DNA from: Octopus vulgaris
Taxonomy: Eukaryota
NCBI GenBank assembly: GCA_951406725.2
Contig: OX597837.1
Coordinates: 620,001 to 684,000 of the forward strand
DNA length: 64,000 nt
Direction: 5' to 3'
Under the pieces are notes generated by a model. It was not told the DNA's origin. It was given only the letters and a program-made list of their open reading frames with translations, and ran no database searches. A program made the position numbers and the translations under genes. Below, piece by piece: positions 40,783 through 51,816 of this stretch; within the stretch, counting starts at the first letter, position 1, and every line of letters begins with the position of its first letter.

Positions 40783-42264
40783 GTATACCCATGCATATAC
40801 GTATATAGGTATATATATTTACGTGCATGTGTATATATATATATATATATATACACTTACACACACACACACACACACACAGAGCCTAGAATACAGATGA
40901 AAAACACTAAAAAAGTCAGATATAGAATCAGTCGAAGCAATTCGAAATTGCTATTGTAAAATAAATCGATGCTTGTAGCGCAGATATCAACCCGGGCTAT
41001 TGTTGTGCGGTGACCCATTCCATTGTTACACCGCTGCACTATATTTACTCCCCTACAAACCGCTGCCTTCACCACACACACTCGTTCTTTTGACTTACGG
41101 GCCTTTTGTTTATCACTTATATTTTCTATTTATTTTCTCCTGGCAATTGTTTTGTTTATTTTTTAAATATAATTTAGGATAAACGAGGTCCCTAGAGTGG
41201 CATGATTGACCGGGACGGTCTTCAGATTAATGATTTACAGCAGTCAGTTTTATCATTCAGATTTGCGAGATCTAATGTTATTTCGGTGCGACTTCACGCC
41301 TCATCTTTGGGCTAGGGTTTAAATGGACGATTTGAAGTGTTAAGCATTTACTTGAGGTCGGTTCAATCCTTTCGACTAATCCCTTCACTCCTTTATCGAT
41401 TTCTGATCGGCATTTTGCCTTTGTTAGAAACATATAATTTAAACTAGGAAGGGGTGGAGCAGCAGTGGCAGCAGCAGTAGCGGCTGTAGGAGTATTAGTA
41501 TTAGCAACAGTATCAATCAGGGATCAGACAGCGTGCAATTAACGTCAGGCACACAATCACTTGCCCAAAAGCACTTATCATACAACACATTTTTATTACA
41601 TATCACACAAGCAACATACATCGCACAAGTCATCATACGTTACACAAGTCATCAAACAGTACAGAGTTATGAATCAAAATAGAAAGTATTATACAACAGT
41701 TATCATACAACATAGGTCAACGCGCACCACACGTCGTTATACACCTGAGTCACCATTCAACTCAGTTATACAAATCATGAGCCATGGCATACCATACAGT
41801 TATTACGCAGCACAATGATGCAACACACAGTTATAAAATATGCATATTTCATTCAACATACGTCATCATATAACACAGAAAAGTTATGCAACAAATATTA
41901 TACGATATGTTGAATGTATATTTACACTATTTTTATCATTGCTGATTAGCGTGGTATTTATAAACTCCAACTTGCCATTACACAGTAATTAATAAATGTG
42001 CTGGCGTGTGCAAAGTTTTGTCAAGTCTTACAGCACTATGAACAAGAGATTCAGTGATTTAGTACATCCCAGCTACGGGGTGTTTTTGTGTATATTGTCT
42101 ATAATGACATTTTCTTTTATGAATCCGTTACCTCACCGAATGCATTTGCAAGTTTCAGTTTGCAGGGATGTGTTAAATGTTAAGCTTTACAACCTTGTTT
42201 TAATCATCTCTAGTCAGTGTGCATTTCATTCATATATACATAAACGATCAGGCACACACACATA

Positions 42265-42306
<42 letters not shown>

Positions 42307-42309
<3 letters not shown>

Positions 42310-43565
42310 TGCGTAAGTTATTTGAGGACATAGATTTTTGGGGTCATTGCTGCATTTTTTGCTAACTCTGCATAATCTTTTTTCCAGAAAATAGTAACGG
42401 CAGACTGTCTGCTTACTCAAGAAATGAAGAGGCCTGCTATTATTGTGGCTATAAAGGCTGAGCATAGTGATTTAGAAATATCTCCAATTTTGAAAGTTGT
42501 CGGATCTTCCGCCTACAAAGTTTATAAGGACCAAGTGATTGAAGATGGAAACGTGTCACCAGTATCAAAGCATAAAAAGCATTCTTTTTACGCTCTGAAA
42601 TCATCAGAACACCTGAATGTATTCAGCAAGTTCAAGAGACCATTGATTACAATCCCAGAAAGTCCATGGGGTCAATTGCAAAAGATCTCCATGTGTCAGA
42701 AGGAACAGTCAGAAATGTTGTCCATGAAGACATCAGATATAAGTCTTATATGATGAGGAAAGGTCAATTTGTCAGAAAAAGCAAACGAAAATCACTACAT
42801 CAGATCTCAAAGGCTCTTAAACAACCTGAAAAATCCAGCAGAAAAAGATTTGATTTGGTTTTTCTCAAATGAGAAAAACTACAACCAAGATCAAAAAGTT
42901 AACAGAAAAAATGACAGATGGTTATGTGCAGACATTTCTGAAGTTCCAAGTGTTATGCATACAAAATTTCCTACAACTGTTATGGTTTGAGGCATTATCA
43001 GCAATGAAGGACATGTGATGCCTCCTTACTTCTTTCCACGAGTCTTTAGAGTTGACTCTACCACCTACATTGAGATCCTGGAAATAATTAAGTCCTGGAT
43101 AGACAGTGTATGCAATGGAAGGCCATATGTGTTTCAGTAAGACTCTGCACTATCACATATGGCTCTAGAAACACAGGAATGGATAGCTGAAAAATTTCCT
43201 GATCACATAACCCCTAAGACTTGGCCTCCTAATTCCCCAGATCTCAATGAATTGGACTATAACATGCAGATCATTGTTGAGAGAGAGGTCAATGAACACA
43301 TCCATAACACCAAAGATTCTTTGAAAGCTGCCATAGCCAGAGTAATGTCCAAAATGACCCAGAACCACTTGACTCGAGCATGTAGATGATTTAGATCTCA
43401 TATAGAAGCAGTTGTTGAAGCTGAAGGTGGCTCTATTGAATAATATTATAGGAAAGAAGGTTTATTTTTATCTTCATAGCATTTTTTGATAATTGATAAA
43501 GTTATTATCTGTTATTATATGTTTTGTTTTATAAACATAAATCTGTCCTCAAAAATCTTACCCTG
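42307..43565 (+). mobile_element. DD37D (maT-type) Tc1/mariner transposon, near full length, inactivated
   Basis: Imperfect TIRs GTAAGTTATTTGAGGACATAGATTT / AAATCTGTCCTCAAAAATCTTAC; WFFSNEKN, KFPTTVMV, D-SALSH..WPPNSPDLNELD with 37 residues between the second and third D. Stops and frameshifts. Confidence 0.9.
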
Positions 43566-43694
43566 TGGAAAAAACGAGCTTTAATCGGGGAAAGCTTTAA
43601 ATTTATTAATAAAAAATATTTTAACTATTCTCAGTGCATTTTCATCTTTTTTTTTCTTATATTTCTACTCCTGTGGAATAAAATAACTTTATTT

Positions 43695-43751
<57 letters not shown>

Positions 43752-43752
43752 A

Positions 43753-43785
<33 letters not shown>

Positions 43786-43794
43786 GTCTGTCTG

Positions 43795-43998
43795 TCTATT
43801 CTTTTACTGGGTTCAGTCGTTTGACTGCGGCCTTGCTGGAACACTGCCTTTAGTCGAACAAATCGACCCCAGGACATATACTTTGTAAGCCTACTACTTA
43901 TTCTATCGGTCTTCTTTGCCGAACCACGTAGTTGCGGGCACGTAAACACACCACCATCGGTTGTTAAGCGATGCTGCGGGGACGAACATAAACACACA

Positions 43999-44038
<40 letters not shown>

Positions 44039-44315
44039 GGTATATACATATGTATATTTAGGTATATGTGTTTGTGTGTGTGTGCATGGGTGTGAGTGTA
44101 TTCTATTCTTTTTATGTGTTTTAGTCATTTGTCTACGGCCATGATGGAGCAACACATTAGAGGATTTTAGTCAAATAAATCTACCCCAGGACTTATTCTA
44201 TGTAATCTATCAGTTCCTTTGCTGAACCGCTAAGTTACGGCTATATAAAAAACCAAGATTGTTTGTTAAGTGATGGTGGGGTGACAAACATAGACAAACA
44301 CACACACACACACGT
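43795..44315 (-). mobile_element. Two SINE family A 3' halves
   Basis: 43795-44000 and 44105-44315 match the family A tail (CAGTC.TTTG.CT.CGGCC.TG.TGGA.CA..TTTAGTC). Confidence 0.75.
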
Positions 44316-44352
44316 AAATATATATACATCTCTCTCTCTCTCTCTCCCTCTC

Positions 44353-44389
<37 letters not shown>

Positions 44390-44904
44390 GAAGGAAGAGG
44401 GAATACGATTCAACAGTTGTTTGACCACTAAACATGTTTCGATACAACATGGATCCACATATATACAAGATTTAAATTTAAATCAAGCAACGGTATATTC
44501 TTTTCTTTTTATTTTTCACATTCTAAAGGTGAACCACCTCTATTTTGTACTCTAATACGTTCTTCACAGAATACACCTCAATTATATATATATATATATA
44601 TATATAATGAAAGAAAATGAGGGATTATGGATGTATAAATAATTTATTTGTATGATATAATGAGGCTGAGAATTTTTTATAAAAGCAATACAAATAAATT
44701 ATAAATTATATAGCTCTAAAAGAATTGGCAGATACCAAAATCCTACATATCTGTTTCGATTTATATATGTATTATTAATACATATTTACAATATGTATTA
44801 CTATAATAATCCCTAATATATCGTAGAGAGGTTCACCTTATACGATAGGGATTAACCAGTGGAATTTGGGGATTATTTAATCCCTAACGAGGATCTGACA
44901 TCGT

Positions 44905-44935
<31 letters not shown>

Positions 44936-44936
<1 letters not shown>

Positions 44937-45098
44937 CGACGGGCTTTTCTCAGTTTCCGTCTAGCAAATCCACTAACAAAACTTTGGTCGGCCTGAGGTT
45001 ATAGTAGAAGATACTTGCACAGGGTGCCACGTAGTGGGACTGAACCCGGAACCATGTGAATGGGAAGCAAGACTCTTATCACACAGCTACTCCTGCGT
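44936..45098 (-). mobile_element. SINE family A 5' half
   Basis: Reverse complement of GCAGGAGTAGCTGTGTG..GGTTCCGGGTTCAGTCCC..GGAAACTGAGAAAAGCCCGTCG. Confidence 0.8.
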
Positions 45099-45604
45099 CT
45101 ATATATATATATATATAAATAAAATGTGTGTGTGTCAGTATGTGTGTGAAATATATATTTATATAAATACAGGCACACACATATATGTAAATATATATAA
45201 TGTAAAACGCCTGGATGACCATACGGAAAAGAGAAGAGCTAAGAAGTACATATACATACTAATTATGTCGAATTCCATTCCGTTAATGAAGGTCTTGTCA
45301 TTACTTAATGAAAACTGATCAAAGTAGGGAGGACACTGCGATTTCTGGAGGGTTCGTCGTAAATAGAATTGTATGCATTCAGACTCTGTTAGCAGAAATA
45401 ATATTGGAGGAAGGGTTGGGGATGTTCTGCGGGATGAGAAATGTATTCGTGGAGTGGAGACTACAGATATTGAGATGTAACTCTTGTTAGTGTTGCTATC
45501 TGTATCATTGGACACCAATATACATAATGGGAAAAATTATGTCTGGCGAAACAAAGTAGTAATAATAATAATAATTGTAATAATAATAATATTGATGCAG
45601 TATC

Positions 45605-46098
45605 AGGCTCTCATGACTCCTGATCTTAACTGATTGGAAGTGTTATCATGTACATTGTTTTGTCTTGGTATAAAAGATGGGCTACAGCAAATATTCTGCT
45701 CAATACCACAGATTTGCTTGTCACTTGTTTCACCTTAATCAGTTGAGCATGTCTCTTGGTGGCTGACGATCTGTGCATCTCTGATCACGAGCAGAAGTAC
45801 TGGGGCAGTGTCATAGCCATGTGCTGAAAAGAATTCTTTGGGGTTTGGATAATTCACTTCTGGAAACATGGGTGTTTCGTTCAACATCCTTAATCAACCC
45901 TTATTCAGGGATCTTTTGAGCAGGATGTGCTACTCAATCTGAAAATTCTAACTGGGCCCCACCTGCCATGTCATGCGCTGTTTATCTTGATGGGAAACCA
46001 CCATGTCGTGCATATATGGTAGTGATGCATACCCTTAACAGACGGGTAGTCATGGCGGGTATATTGGGCTTCGTATATTTTACTGCTCTCTCACTCTG
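45605..46098. repeat. Dispersed ~490-bp repeat, same family as 7466-7930
   Basis: Direct sequence similarity. Confidence 0.75.
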
Positions 46099-46313
46099 AA
46101 ATAATAACAACAACAACAACAATAATAAAAGTAGTTATAATAATAATTATAATACATTCCTCCCCATGCAATCTTTTTCAGGGTAATGGCTGTTGTTGTT
46201 GTTATTATCATTATTATTATCATTATTATCATTATTATTATTATTAATTATTGTTATTATTGTTATCATTGTTGTTATTATTTGTACGCAAACATCATTT
46301 CATTTCTTCGTAG

Positions 46314-46405
46314 CCTCAGATGAAGAATCTTGTTTCTTGACGTCCCCGATTGATACTTTGGTGCAGCTTGCTCAAAGTCAAGCAAAACCAAAATATAACA
46401 ACAGC

Positions 46406-46437
<32 letters not shown>

Positions 46438-46471
46438 CAAAGCCATAGATCTGAAGAACTGCCAATGCTGA
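46314..46471 (+). CDS. Candidate terminal coding exon ending in CXC (possible prenylated protein)
   Basis: Pyrimidine tract plus TAG acceptor (TTTCATTTCTTCGTAG^), then open frame SDEESCFLTSPIDTLVQLAQSQAKPKYNNS(N)nKAIDLKNCQC-stop. No upstream exon identified. Confidence 0.3.
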
Positions 46472-46841
46472 GCAATGCCAGAGATCGGTTCGAAGTGACT
46501 GGACATTAGTATAATTGTCGCAGTGTACATATATTATTATTACTATTATTATGTTTATGATGATGATGTCTATGATTATCATCGTCATCATCGTCGTTAT
46601 CATCAGCGGGAACAAATGGAGTGGGCGCATCTACTTCTCCTCGTCATCATAGTTATCGTCAGCGTCGTCATCATCATCATCATTATCACAAACAATGTTA
46701 CTGTAACAAGTGTTTATAAGAAATGTGGATGTTTGCCTTTGTTGTATGTATATGTATACACACACATGTATATATATATATATATATACACACATACATA
46801 CATATATATATATATACACACATACATATATATACACATAC

Positions 46842-46887
<46 letters not shown>

Positions 46888-47391
46888 CCATATATTTGTG
46901 AGTGCATAAATATACAGAGAAAGAGAGGATGAGAGAAACAGAAACAGATAGGTCGATGGATAGTTATATAGATTTATGCACGCATACATATAAACACATA
47001 TATATTTATATATATTAACACGTATGCATATACACACACCCCTACTAATAACATGTTAATGTTATCAGCACTATTTAGTTTTGTTAAATGAGATTACTGT
47101 TATTAATATTCTATGATGGCACCCTGTTATATTTTGGAAGCTAATTGCTATGGACATACTAGCTGGAATTGGTCAGAATGTCTTTGGACAAATTCTTCGT
47201 CTTGAAACAAAGATGGACGGAATAACAATTAGATTCTACTTAATTATATAAATTGAGAAATTTATAAACCGTAGCAAGTGACAGGATTTGCTACAGCAAA
47301 GGCATATATGACATAACAAACAACAATAACAATAATAATCATAATAATGATAATAATAATAATAGTATTAATAATAATGATAATAGTAATC

Positions 47392-47533
47392 CTTTCTATT
47401 ATAGGCACAAAGCCTGGAATTTGGGGCAGGAGGGGTAGTCGACCTCGGCGGAATTTGACTTCATAAAGTAGCGGCAGGTGAAATACCGTTAAGCATTTCG
47501 TCCAACGCGCCAACAATTGTGCCAGCTCGCCGC
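47392..47533 (-). mobile_element. SINE family B, internally deleted
   Basis: GTCGACCTCGGCGGAATTTGA..TAAGCATTTCGTCC..GCCAGCTCGCCGC. Confidence 0.7.
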
Positions 47534-47571
<38 letters not shown>

Positions 47572-47639
47572 TAGTAGTAATAATAATAATAATGATGATG
47601 ATGATGATGATACAAATAGAAATAGTGAGGCACAGTTGT

Positions 47640-48335
47640 TGTTGCTGAAAGGAAGGCTGAAAAGAAGATAGATAGCTTGTTCGTAGCAGCACAAAATCAA
47701 GCATTGAGGATCAAATTGATAAAAAAATCAGGATGATTCTCAATGTAGGTTATGTAAATCAAAGAAAGGTATTATTCATACAGTCAGGCTCAGAAAGAAT
47801 ATAATAAAGGACATGATAACCTAGGGAGAATGATCCACTGAGAATTACGCAAAAAGCTAGGATTTGGCCATTCTGATAAATGCTATGAACCTAGTAAAGT
47901 ACAAGAAAGTAAGAAGTACAAGATGTGGGACTTTAACATTCAGACTAACAGAGTAATAGAAGTTAGTAGTAGAAAATAAAGAGAATAGAAAGTGCCAGCT
48001 AATTGACTTTACAGTCCCAAATGATGAGAAAGACATTACGAGAGGTTTAGAGAAAATAAGTAAAGTACCGGGACCCAGCCATTGAGTTACAGAGTCTTTG
48101 GAAAGTGCTGATCAAATATATCTCCCCTGGTGCATTAGGAACTATCCCTAAGGACTTGAACAGATGGGTAGGGGAAATAGGTATAAAACCTAGTTAAGTG
48201 CAGCGCCAGAAAGCAGCATTAGTAGGGACAACTAGAATACTTAGGAAGGTTCTTGGTATCTAAGGTTACTTGTTGCCGCCCCATGTTAGGAAATTTTTCC
48301 AACAGTCTAATCTATTGTGCACAAATAAAGTAATA
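47640..48335 (+). mobile_element. R4/Dong-clade RLE retrotransposon 3' fragment
   Basis: LKKKIDSLFVAAQNQALR, QCRLCKSK, AQKEY..HDNLGRMIH, LIDFTVP, KYRD motifs. Confidence 0.75.
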
Positions 48336-48956
48336 AGATTCCGTTCTGTATCGGTACTTGTCCTGAAAGTTTGGTAGAGTTGCTTAGTCGATTATATTGA
48401 CACCAAAATTCAACTGGTAGCTATTTCATCGAACCTGAAAGGATGAAAGGCGAAGTCGACCCTGGCGGAATTTGGACTTAGAATCATAGAATCTGAAGGA
48501 ATGATTAGCCAAGTTGATCTCAGTGAGATTTAAAATGCCACTAAGAATTTTGTCTGATCTGCAAACGATTTTGCCAGCTTGCCACCTTCTTTACAATAAT
48601 GAGAACATAGCAGACAACACAGAATAATTGGAACTAATTCAATCATAAACCATTTAGAAAACAAAGTATTAAAATTTTTTTAAAATTCCAACAGCTTCAG
48701 TTATGACGAGCGAAATGCCGCTAAGCATTTTGTCCGGCGTGCTATAATAATAATACTGTCTATGTAATCTCAAATTTTAAAGCAAAATTTTAATTTTCTT
48801 ATCTTAAATATACTTTAGAACAATACTATGTGCAAAACTAAATATATGACACCCTAGGCATAACACCAACATGAACTTCTAATTTGTTGTCTCTTGAGAT
48901 CTCTGGGTGAGAATTGGAGTCCCCTGGTACAAATACAAAACAAAAGTCAAAGATTA

Positions 48957-48984
<28 letters not shown>

Positions 48985-48989
<5 letters not shown>

Positions 48990-49955
48990 AATAATAATAA
49001 TAATGAAGGAGAAAACAGCCTCGGGTGGTAATAAAAATGCCACTATTGAAACGTACAAAGAGTCCGGCGTCATCAACAGGGAAAACTGCGAAGCTAAAGA
49101 AAAATTTGAACGAGAAATGAACAAAAAAGACAAAAATAAAAGCATGGAAGGAAAAAAAATGTACGATGAGTTTGCAAGAGATGTGAACAGCAAGACAGAT
49201 ACAGAGGGCCGCTTGCTATGGAGTGAGCTGAAAATAGAGACAGAAGCACTCACATACGCAGCTCCGGAACAAGCGTTAAGGGTCAACTATATGAAGTGCA
49301 GAATAGACAACACCACCGATAACGACAAATGCAGAAAGTGTGGCGAGAGGGGTGAAACGCTATGGCACATCGTTAGCGAATGCCTGAAATTAGCACAACA
49401 CGAATACAATAGACTCCGTGATAATGTGGCAAGAATGATCTATTGGAAGCTATGTGGAAATCACGGCCTACAAGAAGCAAAGACGTGGTATGACCAAAAA
49501 CCAGCAGGAGTCACCAAAAATGAGAATTGCAAAATCCTGTGGGATGTAATGATCCAGTGCAATCACACGACCAGACATCGGAAACCGGACATTGCTTTGT
49601 TTATAATAAAGAACATGTATGGTCATTGACATAGCATGCCCCGGATCAATGTGAAAGAAGAAAAAATAACTATGATGATTTGAAGTGGGATATACGAAGG
49701 ATGTGGTCAATGAAGAAAGTAGAGGTGATACCAAAAGCACTTGGAAAGTATCAGCACTCAACTAGCAATATGGCTGAAAAAAGATCGGTGCAAGTGTGAA
49801 GGTAGAACACCTACAAAAATCAGTATGGCTTGGAACTATAAGAATTTTTCGCAGGGTTCTTGAAGCATGACCAGTAAACAAGTGTCACCTTGGTCTGCTG
49901 GTTGTGAACAGCTGGCACTTTCCAGCATATCCAGCAAAATAAGCTATGAGTTTTC

Positions 49956-49985
<30 letters not shown>
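48985..49985 (+). mobile_element. R4/Dong-clade RLE retrotransposon 3' fragment in (TAA)n
   Basis: ETEALTYAAPEQALRVNY..CRKCGERGETLWHIVSECLKLAQHEY..ILWDVMIQC..RKPDI; TAA repeats on both sides. Confidence 0.88.
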
Positions 49986-49986
<1 letters not shown>

Positions 49987-50180
49987 TTCTACTAAAAGCA
50001 TAAGTCTTTAAAGTTTTGCGGGAAGAGACTAGTGGATTACATGGACCTGAGTGTTTCACTGGTAGTTATCAACCCTGAAAGGATAAAAGGTAAATTAGTA
50101 CTCGGAGGGATTGGAATTGAGAAAATACAGGGCTAGAATGCCGCGAAAATATTTTCTTACTTGTTAACGGTTTATACCGA

Positions 50181-50213
<33 letters not shown>

Positions 50214-50869
50214 CATATGAGTCATATATTTGTGTGTGCATGAATCTGTGTATTTGTGTGTGTTTGTTTTTGTGTCTGTGTTTGTCCCGTACCATCGCTT
50301 GACAACAGGTGTTGGTCTGTTTACTTTCTCGTAACCCAGCGGTCCGACAAAAAGAACCAATGAAATAAGTATCAGGCTTTAAAAAAAATGCACAAAGGTC
50401 AATTCATTCGACTAAAATTTCTTCTAAGCGGTGCCCCAGCATGGCCGCAGTATAATGATTGACACAATTAAAAGATAAAATATATTTACACATACATATA
50501 CACACACAGTCACACACACATGCAAACACACGTACAAACACACACTGACACAAACATATACTCACATACACACTCACTTTTACGGATCTGTAATTTAGCA
50601 GGGAAAGAATGTCGATCAATTCAAGCTGCGGTACTTTAATTTCTCGTCCCTGGAAGAGTGAAGACAAAGTTGACCTCAGTGGGGATTGAACTCCGGACAA
50701 ATGAGTTGCAACAAATACCACAAAGCCTTCGGTTCAACATTCTAACATTTATGACAATAAAAATAAAAATGAATTCAATGAGTATAGAAAAAAAACCCTC
50801 GTCATCTGGGGTTTCCAGCGCAGATCGAAGTCTTTAGATCAATGTTAACTTGGGTTCTTGGTTTTGTGC

Positions 50870-51030
50870 TCTTGTTTGATGCGGCTGGGGTCATCCCCGG
50901 TTAGTGGTCCCAGAGGCGTCATCATACGTAGAACCTACTGGATTTTCCAGTGCTCTCCATCGGTGGCGGTCTCGTACCAGCCCCTCTGTATCCTGCAAGG
51001 TGACGTCGGGGATCAATGTGGGTCCCACAG
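50870..51030 (-). mobile_element. RTE-clade LINE extreme 3' fragment
   Basis: Minus-strand LQDTEGLVRDRHRWRAL matches the RTE C-terminal DR..WR motif. Confidence 0.5.
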
Positions 51031-51214
51031 AGAAAAATAAAAATAAAACTGTATAAAACGAATAAACAATAACAGGTTATTGTAAAAACAATCAGTCAAT
51101 CAGTTACCGTTACTTTTATTTGCCACAAGGGCACTGGAAAAAGTAAATAACAGGAAAGAGGAAAACTAATTGAGTTGAGGGTTTGCAAGATTGAGGGAAA
51201 AAATATAGAAATAA

Positions 51215-51376
51215 ACGCAAGCGTGGTTGTGTGGTATGAAGCTGGATTCTTAACCATATGATTCTAGGTTCAGTCTCACTGCGCGGCACCTTGGTTATGT
51301 GACTTCTGCTATAGCCTCGAACCGACTAGACCTTTTGACTGGACTTCGTAGACGGAAACTAAAAGAAGGCCATCGG
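51215..51376 (+). mobile_element. SINE family A 5' half (3' half at 55165-55450), split by HERO insertion
   Basis: Head to GGAAACTAAAAGAAGGCCATCG; the sequence resumes with the microsatellite and tail after 55164. Confidence 0.8.
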
Positions 51377-51438
51377 AATTACAACCGTGTTTCGTGGTCT
51401 GCTACCACAACAGCTCCTTTATAGGATCCAGTTAGCTC

Positions 51439-51490
51439 AAGACATCATCAGGAGGAACCACGTCCGGTTTCGGCCCCTAATCCTCTACCG
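51439..51490 (-). ncRNA. Non-circularly permuted (pseudoknotted) hammerhead ribozyme
   Basis: CGGTA^GAGGA-TTA-GGGGCC-GAAACCG-GACGTGGT-TCCTC-CTGATGA-TGTCTT. Stem III CGGT/ACCG, stem I GAGGA/TCCTC, stem II GGGGC/GTCTT with wobbles; core intact. Confidence 0.75.
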
Positions 51491-51816
51491 TTTTGACATG
51501 GCGCCCTCCCCCTTTCGGAGGTGTCTTCAGCTCTGGTGTTGGGTGCATGTCTTCTTTCTTCTTCTTTCTTCTGTTCCCTGGCCTCTTCGATGTATCGTCA
51601 GCGAGTGTCAGCCAGTGACTGACTGTCTTGTCAAATTTCTCCGTTTAAATACCTGCCGCATAGTCTCGAGCAGGCAGCCCCAGCAAGTTGTCACGTGACA
51701 CTGTCTCACCTTAACTGACTAGCGAAGGCGCGTAGTTTTAGCCCGCGCTTTTTCTAAACGACCGTCACCTGTCAGTCAGCGAAGCTGATTCAGTCAGCTT
51801 GTCTCACCTAATGATG

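Noticed and set aside
44420-44580. Minus-strand CGAAACATGTT hammerhead 3' half
   Set aside because: No matching CTGANGA plus stem I found upstream.
51378-51420. GTGGT agcag ACCAC-GAAACA cggt TGTA fold at the HERO terminus as a second hammerhead
   Set aside because: Stem II/III-like hairpins are present but no CUGANGA precedes them; kept only as context for the terminal-repeat finding.
51498-51526. Second CTGAAGA...GAAA in the HERO 3' region
   Set aside because: No stem II or stem I partner; better explained as a CCTCC-GAAA-GGGGG GNRA hairpin.
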